The position numbers and the translations under genes are program-made. A stretch of DNA of 63,600 bases, filler included, from Stramenopiles sp. TOSAG23-2 (Eukaryota), in NCBI GenBank assembly GCA_900128395.1. It is 17 parts of 17 records of this genome, joined end to end, with 100 filler letters (N's around TTAATTAATTAA, not from the genome) between each part and the next. Parts side by side here need not be neighbours in the genome. Positions count along the whole stretch, not along the records: positions 7,842 to 11,657 come from LT651087.1; positions 11,758 to 15,568 come from LT651088.1; positions 15,669 to 19,477 come from LT651089.1; positions 19,578 to 23,386 come from LT651090.1; 13 more parts are not named here. One strand, 5' to 3'. Shown here one piece after another: positions 11,092 to 21,611 of this stretch (position 1 is the first letter of the stretch; each line of letters opens with the position of its first letter). The notes beneath the pieces were generated by a model. That model saw only the letters and a list, made by a program, of their open reading frames with translations. It did no database searches and was not told the DNA's origin.

Positions 11092-11479
11092 TCTCGCTTA
11101 ATCCTCTTCTAACTTTCAAATTGTAGGATGCTTCTTTGCTGGTTTTACCAAATTTTCCTTCGTCACCACCTTTTTTCATGTCACTGTACTGGACAGAGAC
11201 TACAGGTGTGTTGACTTGAAGTGGATATTTGCTATCCTCTTGTCCTTTTTGTACCATTTTCGGTACCAATTCCTGCTGAGTATTCTTTGCGACCACGACC
11301 GCAATTTCAGTGGAATCGAATTCATGCATCATATATAACTTTTTTGGACCAGATCCGGTTTTTTGCTTTTTTGACGCATTGGATGTCATTGGGGTACTTT
11401 CCGTGACTTCGGAGTGGGTACGTTTGCTTTGCATGGTTGCTGTGTTGTTTTGGGATAACTTTTTTACTTTACTGAACAT
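11066..11479 (-). CDS. Hypothetical protein, probably 3' truncated; tentatively like DNA-virus OB-fold ssDNA-binding proteins
   Basis: 137-aa ORF with PLQVNTPVVSVQY...GKFGK...SYNLKV; its last codons run out of frame over the helicase Q motif; the family call is pattern-based only. Confidence 0.4.
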   Translation of the reverse strand: MFSKVKKLSQNNTATMQSKRTHSEVTESTPMTSNASKKQKTGSGPKKLYMMHEFDSTEIAVVVAKNTQQELVPKMVQKGQEDSKYPLQVNTPVVSVQYSDMKKGGDEGKFGKTSKEASYNLKVRRGLSEISVSKRRC

Positions 11480-11545
11480 TTTATAAGATTTTTTGTGTAT
11501 ATATATACTAACTATTTTATTTCACGGTATATATGGAAACATGTA

Positions 11546-11593
11546 CTTTGTCCCTTTCCCCCGTGGGGACATACTCGCCTGCCAATGCTATTC
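11546..11593 (+). repeat. 48-bp direct repeat, copy 2
   Basis: Identical to 8800-8847. Confidence 0.92.
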
Positions 11594-12033
11594 GCCTACT
11601 AATGATAGTTACAATGCTATTTGGCTACTAATGGACGAAGCAGATATAAATAGATACNNNNNNNNNNNNNNNNNNNNNNNNNNNNNNNNNNNNNNNNNNN
11701 NTTAATTAATTAANNNNNNNNNNNNNNNNNNNNNNNNNNNNNNNNNNNNNNNNNNNNATTAGCCTGGTTAGCCAGTTAGGCTCTTTGCAAAATTAGAATA
11801 CTATACTGGTATACATATAATAACACTACCGATTCACTTACTCTCAGAATAAATCAGACGAGATATTCAACAATGTATCGGGCACACATAAAATAATACA
11901 TACAAATTTACAACAACCGTTGGTATATATAGAAGCAGAGGAAGAAGATATAGAACTAGAATAATAATACCACAAGACGAAGATAGTGAAATAATAATAA
12001 ACATATTTAACTGAAGTTAAATAAACATAAAAG

Positions 12034-12555
12034 ATGGCGACGATGATAAATGAACAAGCGGAGGAGAATGAACAACGTGTACAAGCGGAAATGAGTGAAG
12101 CGGAGGCACGGGAAAAAGCAGCTGCTATTAAAACGGAAGGAAATGAACTGTTTAAAGCGAAAGATTTTGATGGTGCAGCGAAGAAATATACAGATGCATT
12201 GAAAGTAATTAAACAAGTGACAGGTGATGGCGATTCAGTGTTGTACGCTAATCGTGCAGCTGCTTATATGGGATTGAAACGATGGGTACCAGCATGTCGT
12301 GATGGTATATTAAGTGCAGACTGTGATCCAGATAATTGGAAAGCATATTGGAGGCAAGGTGTTAGTTTAATGTCTATGGTACCAAAACGGTTTCGTACCA
12401 AAAATGCAATAGAAGCTTTTGAAAAATGTTTAAAAACGACAACAATACCAGCAAATAAAAAACCAGAAGTGGAAAATTTATTAATGAAAGCACGTGCACG
12501 ATATCAACGACAAGAAGAGGAAACACCAATGCCAGAAAATTGTGTATTGCAGTAA
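12034..12555 (+). CDS. Small three-TPR (co-chaperone-like) protein with a C-terminal CaaX motif
   Basis: KTEGNELFKAKDFDGAAKKYTDAL, LYANRAAAY, WKAYWRQG; ends in CVLQ. Confidence 0.88.
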   Translation: MATMINEQAEENEQRVQAEMSEAEAREKAAAIKTEGNELFKAKDFDGAAKKYTDALKVIKQVTGDGDSVLYANRAAAYMGLKRWVPACRDGILSADCDPDNWKAYWRQGVSLMSMVPKRFRTKNAIEAFEKCLKTTTIPANKKPEVENLLMKARARYQRQEEETPMPENCVLQ

Positions 12556-13021
12556 AAAAAAAAAAAAACAACACAACAAAATATTTTGTTGCTTTTGTAA
12601 ATGATATAAAAATCTGATGTTAATAATGTGCGTGTGTGTTGTAATAGTGTTTTATTTCGTACTTCGTAAAAAGGAAAAAAATCTGCGCGTGTGTGTATTT
12701 TAAAACTATTAAAAAATAAAACAAGACCATGTTTGTAAGAATATTTTTGTTAATATATTAATATATGTTGTACGAACGTATATATACTTCGTACGAATAA
12801 TATGATATATAAAAATATATACTTTTGATTTGAAATGTTAATGAACGGGAGTAAAAGAAATTTATATAATATATGAGTAAGAGAACATTTTATATAAATA
12901 TATATACATACAACAGTTTAATATTTTCTGCTGCGCAGTTTTATTTTTCATCTTCCGAGAACAAAAATATTTTATTATAAAATATACGTATTCGTCTCGT
13001 TGTATTCAATACCTCGACCCT

Positions 13022-15057
13022 CTACTCTACTTCTGTTGTTCTACCCACAATAGTATTAAATAATTCTTCTGGTGTAACATTATTATTTTGTAATGCTTGT
13101 ATGATGACATTATCTTGTGCTTCAGTTCGATCAATCAATTTCGTTTCCTCAGATTTGTTTTTATCTTCTTCTACTTGTGGTGAAACTTTTTTAGATGATA
13201 TAACAACATTTGGATGTACTTGCATAGCTTTCTCCTTTACATCATCAACAATATTGTTCTTCTTCTTATTATTATTACTACTCAAAACCTCGTTACTACT
13301 TGCATTATTATTAGTATTATGATTTATTATTAATGCATTTGTCAATAGTGGAATGTAACCATTTGAAAATTTCTCAGCAATTTCATTTGCAGTATTATCA
13401 TTTTTACAATGTACGATGCTAAATAAACCTTCTTGTGCACAATTAGGCTGTTCATAACTATTTTCAATTCGTCGAATAACATTTTTTATTTGTTCTCCTG
13501 AATAATTATGGCCATCAAGATTACCAACATGAACTCGATTTAAACATCGTCCTATTAATTCTTGAGGATAATACGAATCAAAATCAACTAATATACATAA
13601 TGCATTATTTTTTGATGCAGTTTCAATCCAAAAATTTCGTTGATCTTTTGAAATATTTGTACGATCTATGATAACATTACTTCGTTGACGAAGAGATGCG
13701 AAGAATTTTTCATTACATTTCTTTCTTGATTTCAATTCATCTTGGCATATTACCACCCAATGTTTTAATTTATTTGCAAAAGTTGATTTACCACTACCAG
13801 GTAAACCATGTAAAATTAAAACGACAGGGATGTTGTTGTGGGTAGATGATGAATCATTGAATTTTTTTTGAATTAAAGATTTTACAATAGTATCATTTCT
13901 ACTCTTCCAAACAATATCAGGACGTTTGTACATTGAATTTTTTTTGAATTAAAGATTTTACAATAGTATCATTTCTACTCTTCCAAACAATATCAGGACG
14001 TTTGTAATGTTGACGAGTATTTGATGATACCATATTATTATAATCATCATCGTAATTATCTTTTCCACCAGAAAATAAAGATGCTTGATTTTTCATCCAA
14101 AAATCAACTTCATTGAAAAATCGCAATCCAATTCGTTCAGCAAATTTCAAATCTCCATCACTTTGTTTAAAATCACTTTGACGACCAGCTGCATCACCAA
14201 CAAAAAAAGAACTTTCAATTGATGGTGGACTCAATTCATACGATGCATTTTTAGTAAAATAATTCCACATACCAATACCTCCACTGTTTTTTTCTTTCAT
14301 AATATCTCGTGAATTTGGTTTTCGGTAAAAATCTTTACGTGTTGCTATTAAAATGTGAATAGGAAATTTTGTACTAGTATTATTATTATTATTTTTGTTG
14401 TTGATGTTATTATTGTTCTTTTCGCTGCTGGATCCATTAAGTAATTTCTTGGCAACAAAACATTTTCTGGTTTCATCATACATAGTTATAGCTTGCATAT
14501 AATTTACAAATGTTTCAAGACTTCGTAATTTTGTATCAATTGCACTTTTAATCGTTTCCGGCTTCTTTCTCATCCCAATAGTGGCTTCATTAGTAAAAAT
14601 AACAATTCGATAACCTTGTTTATGAAGTTTCAATAAATAATATGGTATAGTTGGATGTGTTAAGTCACGTGGCATCACAAGATCTCGTGAAAATGATCGA
14701 TTTGCAAGTGTATTATCAAAATCGAAACTTGCAATTTTTGTTGATTTTGAATTAATATCATTGCTTAAGATATTGTCTAAATCATTTGTTATTAATGAGT
14801 TTCGAATGGCATAATAACCTTTTGGTAATGTTACATTTTCATACCTCTTAAATTTTTCATCTTCTGGTTTAATTTTTCTTTTTTTCAAAGATGGGTCACC
14901 ATTACTTTTATCTGTATTGGCAGTAGATGATTTCCTTTTCATAAATCCGAATAAGGATGATTGTTTTTTTCAAAGATGGGTCACCATTACTTTTATCTGT
15001 ATTGGCAGTAGATGATTTCCTTTTCATAAATCCGAATAAGGATGATTGTTTTGACAT
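13022..15057 (-). CDS. PNKP: Bifunctional polynucleotide 3'-phosphatase/5'-kinase, split in this assembly by 76-bp and 85-bp tandem duplications
   Basis: HAD motifs SFDFDNTL, FTNEA, YRKP, FFVGDAAGR, DLKFA; kinase GLPGSGKST, ICQDEL, IIDRTN. Removing the duplicates 13855-13930/13931-14006 and 14879-14963/14964-15048 gives one 625-codon frame from the ATG at 15057. Confidence 0.9.
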
Positions 15058-15668
15058 GATTAATGGTTTTTCGTCGTCGACGTAGTAGGTTGTTTGTGAA
15101 TTGGTAAGCGTATGATGTATAAAAAAAAAAGTTGTATGAAAATATATAACTTTAATAACACATCAATCAAAATGAAATTGTTTTTATATAAATCTATATA
15201 AGAGTAGTAAAAGTAGTCCAACTCCGGGAACTCTACTAGCTACTAGTAGTGCAAGAATGCCATTGGTAATTGGTACAGGGCATAGTATAATACTAAAGAT
15301 CAGATTATACTTGATCGTAGTCTTCTTTCTATAATATAAATACTTTGTCGAAATGTCGAAATTAAAACTTTGATTTTAATATAAAAAATTAACAATACAC
15401 TTTTACGTATTCGTATTATAACACACTTTTAATAGTTTAATAAAAACAATAATTCTCTCTTACGTCTCTTAATCTTACAGCTATTAATGTAAATATTCAA
15501 ATGCGCTGTAACTTTAAATTTCTGCTTTACGTGTCGTTTCTACACCACCATTTTCCACTACTACCTTCNNNNNNNNNNNNNNNNNNNNNNNNNNNNNNNN
15601 NNNNNNNNNNNNTTAATTAATTAANNNNNNNNNNNNNNNNNNNNNNNNNNNNNNNNNNNNNNNNNNNN

Positions 15669-15763
15669 TCGTTTTCTAAAATACCAATTTTATTTTTCAT
15701 ATATTTGGAAAAAATAGCAAATAATATCCGAAAATATAGAAAAAAAGATGAATATTTCCCCCA
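15669..15763. repeat. Dispersed repeat family D (second copy ~47315-47405)
   Basis: TCGTTTTCTAAAAT(A/G)CCAATTTTATTTTTCATATATTTG..AAAATAGCAAAT...ATCCGAAAATATAGAAAAAA.GATGAATATTTCCCCCA on two contigs. Confidence 0.85.
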
Positions 15764-16006
15764 GGTCTGCATCATGTAAAACCACACACTATGGGAATAA
15801 AAACACCCGCAAAAAAAACATATATCTTATTTTACTTATACTTGTGGTACTTTTGTGAAAACAAAAAGAATAAATTTGTTTGTTTGAAAGATGGAAACAA
15901 ACATAGAAAGATATACATTCATGCAATAAAAAAGATTATATATTTTCCAGACAAGAAAAAGATAAAATAAAATTATATATATTCGTACATAAAACATTGA
16001 AACACA

Positions 16007-16228
16007 ATGAGTTCAACTAATACCATAAATAATAATAATGAGTTTACAAATGATAAAAGTAAAAGTTACTTGAAAAAGCTACAGGAAAAAGATGATCCAA
16101 TAGCATCCAGAATATTGTCTACGTCTCCTGTAAGTGTAAGCCATATGAGTTTGCTTGAAAACCTTTTGGAAAAAAATGATCCAATTGCTTCACGCATCAT
16201 ATCTACAAGTAAACAAAATTTTGCTTAA
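16007..16228 (+). CDS. Small protein with a duplicated ~17-aa motif
   Basis: LQEKDDPIASRILSTS and LLEKNDPIASRIISTS; the DNA copies differ at synonymous sites. Confidence 0.55.
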   Translation: MSSTNTINNNNEFTNDKSKSYLKKLQEKDDPIASRILSTSPVSVSHMSLLENLLEKNDPIASRIISTSKQNFA

Positions 16229-16562
16229 CAATTATATCACACTATACTATAGTACTTTGTAAATGATGTGTTTTCATTTGAATTTCATAATGGAAACTTG
16301 AAAATCCATATAAATATATGATATGATAGATACAAGAAGAAGAAAATTTCGAAATAGAAATACTATATATGCGAAAAGCAAAAAATTTAAAAAAAAACTT
16401 TACCAAAAAAAATCATGGTGTTTTAAAAAAGCAATATTATGCATGCTTGTAAAAATATACATGTGTGTGTAAATTACATTTAAACTATGATTTTTAAATT
16501 TACCAAGAGTTCGTATGTACTCACTGACACCGATCCCCTCGCCCCACACACATCACATCACA

Positions 16563-17192
16563 TCACATACAATTAATTTGTATCTCTTGTAAAATTTCTG
16601 ATATGTCTCTTTCCATTTCTTGTAATTCTTGTTTAATATCTGTGCCATATATATCTAATAATGGTCTTTCGTTATCTACGATTCCTTCAGAGGTCGATGG
16701 TGTAATGGCATTCGGAGATAATGCTTTCAATTCCAATGCTTGCTTTACAATTATTGGTGCAATGGAACGATAAAATTCTAACAATTTCACGAATTTCTTC
16801 TTTTCTAATGTTTGCAATTGATCAATTAATTGTTTGGAAACTTTCAAATTATCCATTTTTTGTAAATTTCTTATATCCAGATTAATATCATTAAATGCTT
16901 TCATAGATAATTCACAATAATATTGAAAGGTTTGAAAATCTTTTGTTTTCAAAAATTCTTTCCAGAAGGAATCCAACGCTTGGTATGCCAAGACCCTAGT
17001 TTCTTGCGCACCTTTCAATACCATCCACAATTCGTTCGTCGTCTTACCAACATATTCATTTTTTACAGTATTATAATGTTCCAATTCTTCCTTTTTTTTT
17101 ACAGCCCAATTATTTAATAAATCTATATATTTTCGATTTGGTGATGTACTATTGTTATTAACATTATTTGTGTTATTCGTCATGGATGCCAT
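16563..17192 (-). CDS. REX1BD: REX1-B DNA-repair domain protein (C19orf60-like)
   Basis: QETRVLAYQAL...FL...F...AFNDINLDIRNLQ...LIDQLQTLEKKK and a C-terminal EISEIL-like helix match my recollection of the REX1-B pattern. Confidence 0.7.
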   Translation of the reverse strand: MASMTNNTNNVNNNSTSPNRKYIDLLNNWAVKKKEELEHYNTVKNEYVGKTTNELWMVLKGAQETRVLAYQALDSFWKEFLKTKDFQTFQYYCELSMKAFNDINLDIRNLQKMDNLKVSKQLIDQLQTLEKKKFVKLLEFYRSIAPIIVKQALELKALSPNAITPSTSEGIVDNERPLLDIYGTDIKQELQEMERDISEILQEIQINCM

Positions 17193-17593
17193 TGTAAAAT
17201 ATATTGCGACGAATATATCTATATATATATATGTATGTATGTATGTAATTATGAATGTATTAATATGTTTATATATTGTATGTTGTGTAGTTGTTGTTAT
17301 GTGTATTATATAAAATATTATTATATATTGCCTGTGGTATAATATATGCAGAGCGAGTAATAAGAAGAAGAGTAAAATATAAGAGAGAGAGCTTCAGAAA
17401 AAAATATTTAAAAATACGAGAACATTTCTTGGGGCATATCATCACATATATTATATATTGGGGAAAAAAAAATTAAACTCGCATCTAGACAAGATATCGT
17501 ATTTCAAAATATTATTTAACAAGCAAAAACACAATATATTCTGTTCTTAAATTAACACATCTGAATTTTACGTGTGTCTAAGATTATTTTAGT

Positions 17594-18955
17594 TTATTCA
17601 CCACTATTACCACCACCATTTAATTTATTCATGACACCATTTAATTCTTGTTTTAATATTTTAATTTCTGGATCTTTTTGCCATTTCGCAACTTCTTGGC
17701 TTAAATTTGTTCCACCCATACCATAATTTCTCATTAAATTATTTTGCACTTCCGTCAATGGTTTCATGACTTCTACCATAAATTTTAAATTGTATTGATT
17801 TTGAAATTCTTCAAACACTATATCATTATCTTCAATTATGGCAATTGTATCCATATCTTTCCATTCAAGTATAGCATCATTGATAAATTCAAAATCAATT
17901 GGATCATCTACGGCACTTTGAAATTTTAAATAATTTTGTCGAGATGGGTTTTTTAATAAAAATGTTTCTGCTAATTCAATTGTACGAGAAATATCTTCTG
18001 AATTGCTAATCTCTTCAATTTTTAACAAGACCGTCTTGCCAGCACGTAATAATTCATCCAATACAAATACGACTTCATCCCGCGTTAAATTACCTTTGAA
18101 AAATGGTATATGATTAAAGTTCACTTCATCTAATTTACCTTTCAATTTTAACCATGCTTTATTAATTTCATCATCAATATCTTTTTTATTTTTAATTACA
18201 GTTAATACATCTGGATATTCTGCAAAACCAAATTCTTGATATACAGTTTGCATAGTCATGATTGAACCCATAAAGGATCCATAGAAAAAAAATATATTAT
18301 CCTCCGTCGAGTCGTCATCTGCTTTTACTTTTGCATTTTCCAATTCATCAATCATTTCATATAACATTGTAATTAACTCATCGTTTTGAATATCTGGTAG
18401 TTTGTATGGGGTTAAAAATTGTGCCGTCTTATCGTTACTAGTAGTTTCAGAATCTTTCAAGACATTATCAATTGGGGTTCGTTCGCCTCTTTCTAAGGTT
18501 AAATTGCTTATATCAACTTCCTGTACGTTTGATATTGGTGAAATTGGTGCTCTACCTGGTGTATTGGCTAGATTAATTGGTACTTTTTTTGGTGTTGTTG
18601 CGTTATTCACATTGTTATTTTTTGTTTTACCATTGTTGTTATTATTATTATTATTTTGTTGATTAAAAGCTGCTTTTATTTTTATCTTTTCCTTACTTTG
18701 CTGTGCTGCTTCATCATCATTTTGCGATTTTAAACGTGCAAATATTTTTGAAATAGATTCATTTGCAGCTTGAGATGGTGTTCGCATATTACCATTCTTA
18801 TACAAAAAATAAATAATACCTGTTGTTGCAGCAACTGCCACTCCACCCATGATAACCCACGATAACGTAGATGGAGAAGAAGAAGACGAGGAAGAAGATT
18901 TATCATTATTATTATCACTTTCCATATTATTATATTCCATTTTTTGTAACGACAT
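17594..18955 (-). CDS. Hypothetical signal-anchored protein
   Basis: 453-aa ORF; N-terminal TM WVIMGGVAVAATTGIIYFLY followed by basic residues; poly-N tract. Confidence 0.75.
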   Translation of the reverse strand: MSLQKMEYNNMESDNNNDKSSSSSSSSPSTLSWVIMGGVAVAATTGIIYFLYKNGNMRTPSQAANESISKIFARLKSQNDDEAAQQSKEKIKIKAAFNQQNNNNNNNNGKTKNNNVNNATTPKKVPINLANTPGRAPISPISNVQEVDISNLTLERGERTPIDNVLKDSETTSNDKTAQFLTPYKLPDIQNDELITMLYEMIDELENAKVKADDDSTEDNIFFFYGSFMGSIMTMQTVYQEFGFAEYPDVLTVIKNKKDIDDEINKAWLKLKGKLDEVNFNHIPFFKGNLTRDEVVFVLDELLRAGKTVLLKIEEISNSEDISRTIELAETFLLKNPSRQNYLKFQSAVDDPIDFEFINDAILEWKDMDTIAIIEDNDIVFEEFQNQYNLKFMVEVMKPLTEVQNNLMRNYGMGGTNLSQEVAKWQKDPEIKILKQELNGVMNKLNGGGNSGE

Positions 18956-19577
18956 TTATTTTCTTCTTCTTTTGGTTGTATGTAATGGTAGGTTTCGTAT
19001 ATATGTATGTATATGAATATGAAGTTTGTCCTTTGTTTCTTATATATTTTCTATCATCACCATATATATATTCTATTATATGTAATACATCCATGTAATA
19101 TATAATATTTGAAGAACTTTAAACATGTGACTTATTTATACGTACTCCTCGTAGTCTAATTATATTACACGTATAATTATAATAGGAGCTAGCCAGGCTA
19201 GCTCTATCTAACACCACCGTATATATTAGTCTGAGAAATGTGGGGATATTTTTTTTAGGAAAACCGTGTTATGATGTAGAAAGGTTTTATGTCCGATGAG
19301 GTACGGAAGACTGGCTGGAGCCGGCGTACAACAGGAACATTGATGATGATGAATATAATACACGTAAAAGAAACCAAAAAAAATTTCATTTTTTGTTTTT
19401 TAATCACCCTTTTCTGCTTCCATTTTATTTATTAATGAAAAAAAAAATTGTATTAAGTGCATTAGTATATGGTTTTGNNNNNNNNNNNNNNNNNNNNNNN
19501 NNNNNNNNNNNNNNNNNNNNNTTAATTAATTAANNNNNNNNNNNNNNNNNNNNNNNNNNNNNNNNNNNNNNNNNNNN

Positions 19578-20809
19578 TTTTTACAAAAAGGAGTTTTTAC
19601 TTTACACCCATTTTCCCAAATTTTCTTGTAATCCACCCCTAATGAGTTTTTGCACATTTCATCTGCTTGAACAAATGTTGAAAGATGTATAATTATTGTA
19701 ACAAAAAGGAACAAGGAATAAACAAAACTTAATGTAAATGCTGTTATTCTCATCCATTTAGGAAAATATTTATTTTGTATTCTTTGAATTTTTTCATTAC
19801 GATTTTGTGTAAATATACTGTATCGTCTTCGACTCAATCTTATGCTAACCTTTTCTTGTTCTACAATAAAAATTTGGTCTATATTAAAAGTAAATGTAGC
19901 TATTAATATTCGTCGTAGTTTTGCAAATAATGATATAGTTGATGGTAAGACAATCATCAGACAATGAAAAACATTCAACCGAATCTTATATACCAAATTA
20001 AGCATTGCAAGAGGAAAAACTAAAAAAAAGAAATCAATTACACTATCTGAGATAACTTGATTATCTCTTTCCTTAACAGTCACTTGGCCTTTCGATAGAA
20101 GACGTCGTCCCATTTTCCATGCACGATATGATGATTCTATAAATAAAACCACACATATTAATGTACTCCATTCTATTGGAAGACCACATAAATAAATGGT
20201 GCTCAAATTGATATATTGAATCCATTGTTCAAGAAATTCAAAAGTATAAAGGCGCAATAGGTAATATTTCCCGTCTAAACCACATAATGTTGAATACATT
20301 GAAAAGATTGTTTGGTCGGTGTTCCTACGGCTTGCAGTACCATGATACTTTTTGATATATCTAACAGCTGATTTTTTCCATGATATTAGAAAAAATATAG
20401 CTAGAAAAACAAACCCACAAGAAAGAACTGGAAATACCCAAACTCCAGGGCGACCTGCTCTTTTAAACAAGCTACCTGGAATACTTGAATATATAACAAA
20501 TATAACAGAATGTAAAGCTGCAACTAACAATATTAAGAGAAGTAAACCAATACCACGTAAACCAAATACTGCAAAGCACTTCAAATTGTTAGTTACATTA
20601 CGTGTACTTATACGATTCTGGTTTCTATCTCTATTGGACGTTTTTTTATTATCCTTCTTTAAGACTTTCTCACTCTCACTTTTCGATACTTTTTGTTGTT
20701 TCTTTCTATCACATTCAGGAGTTTTATTGGTAATCATATTTACCTGAACTTCCATTGGACTCAACTCTTGTTTCTTGGAATCCTTTATTTTATTGGTAAC
20801 TTCGGACAT
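19578..20809 (-). CDS. Multi-pass membrane protein, 3' truncated
   Basis: Six or seven hydrophobic segments, then the start of a Cys-containing domain (C...WENGCKVKTPFCK) cut by the linker. Confidence 0.75.
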
Positions 20810-21611
20810 GGTTCTGTATGTCAATGGAGTTCTTTGCTATTAGCTATATTGTATGTTGTAATTTATAAAATGACATGTATACTGGATGTATAGTACACAA
20901 GATAATCATTAATATACTGTATGTTGATTTTTTTATGTTGTAATTTTTGATGTATAATAATACTTCTTACTTCTTTATTATTATTATCTTTTTTTTTCTT
21001 CCAGCTTTTATTGCTTATTATTATTACCTATGTTTGTAGTATTCCAGGTATTATTATTATTTTTTAAAATAATAAAAAAAAAAAACCACCAAGATAATAA
21101 GATATACCATCTACACGGCCAAATCAACATTCATCAGTAGTATTCCAGGTATTATTATTATTTTTTAAAATAATAAAAAAAAAAACCACCAAGCTGGCAA
21201 GTTTTTGGCAATTGGTGAAGTTGTTGGTGTGTCGTTGTTATTCTGTTATAATACGAGGAGCTGGGCTTTTACTTTGATGTTATTTGATGTTTGTTGTGTT
21301 GTTACATTCTCAAAACAAAATAGAAAAAATAACCTATAAAACACTATAACATTTTTGTACTTTTATTGTATAATTATTTATTTATCCCAATACCTTATTT
21401 TAACATATATTTTTTTATTTCCTTTACAAATTTGTTTATTTTAAACCCCTACACATCTGGACAGGGAATATTATTTTTGTGCTGTGTAAAGTCTAGCTAT
21501 TATATTAGTATCTCTACCTGATAATAGTGAAAAATCTGGAAAAAACAGATCTAGATCAAAATATAAAAAGGTGTTTAGTGTACATAATCTTTTATTTTAT
21601 AAAAGTATCCT

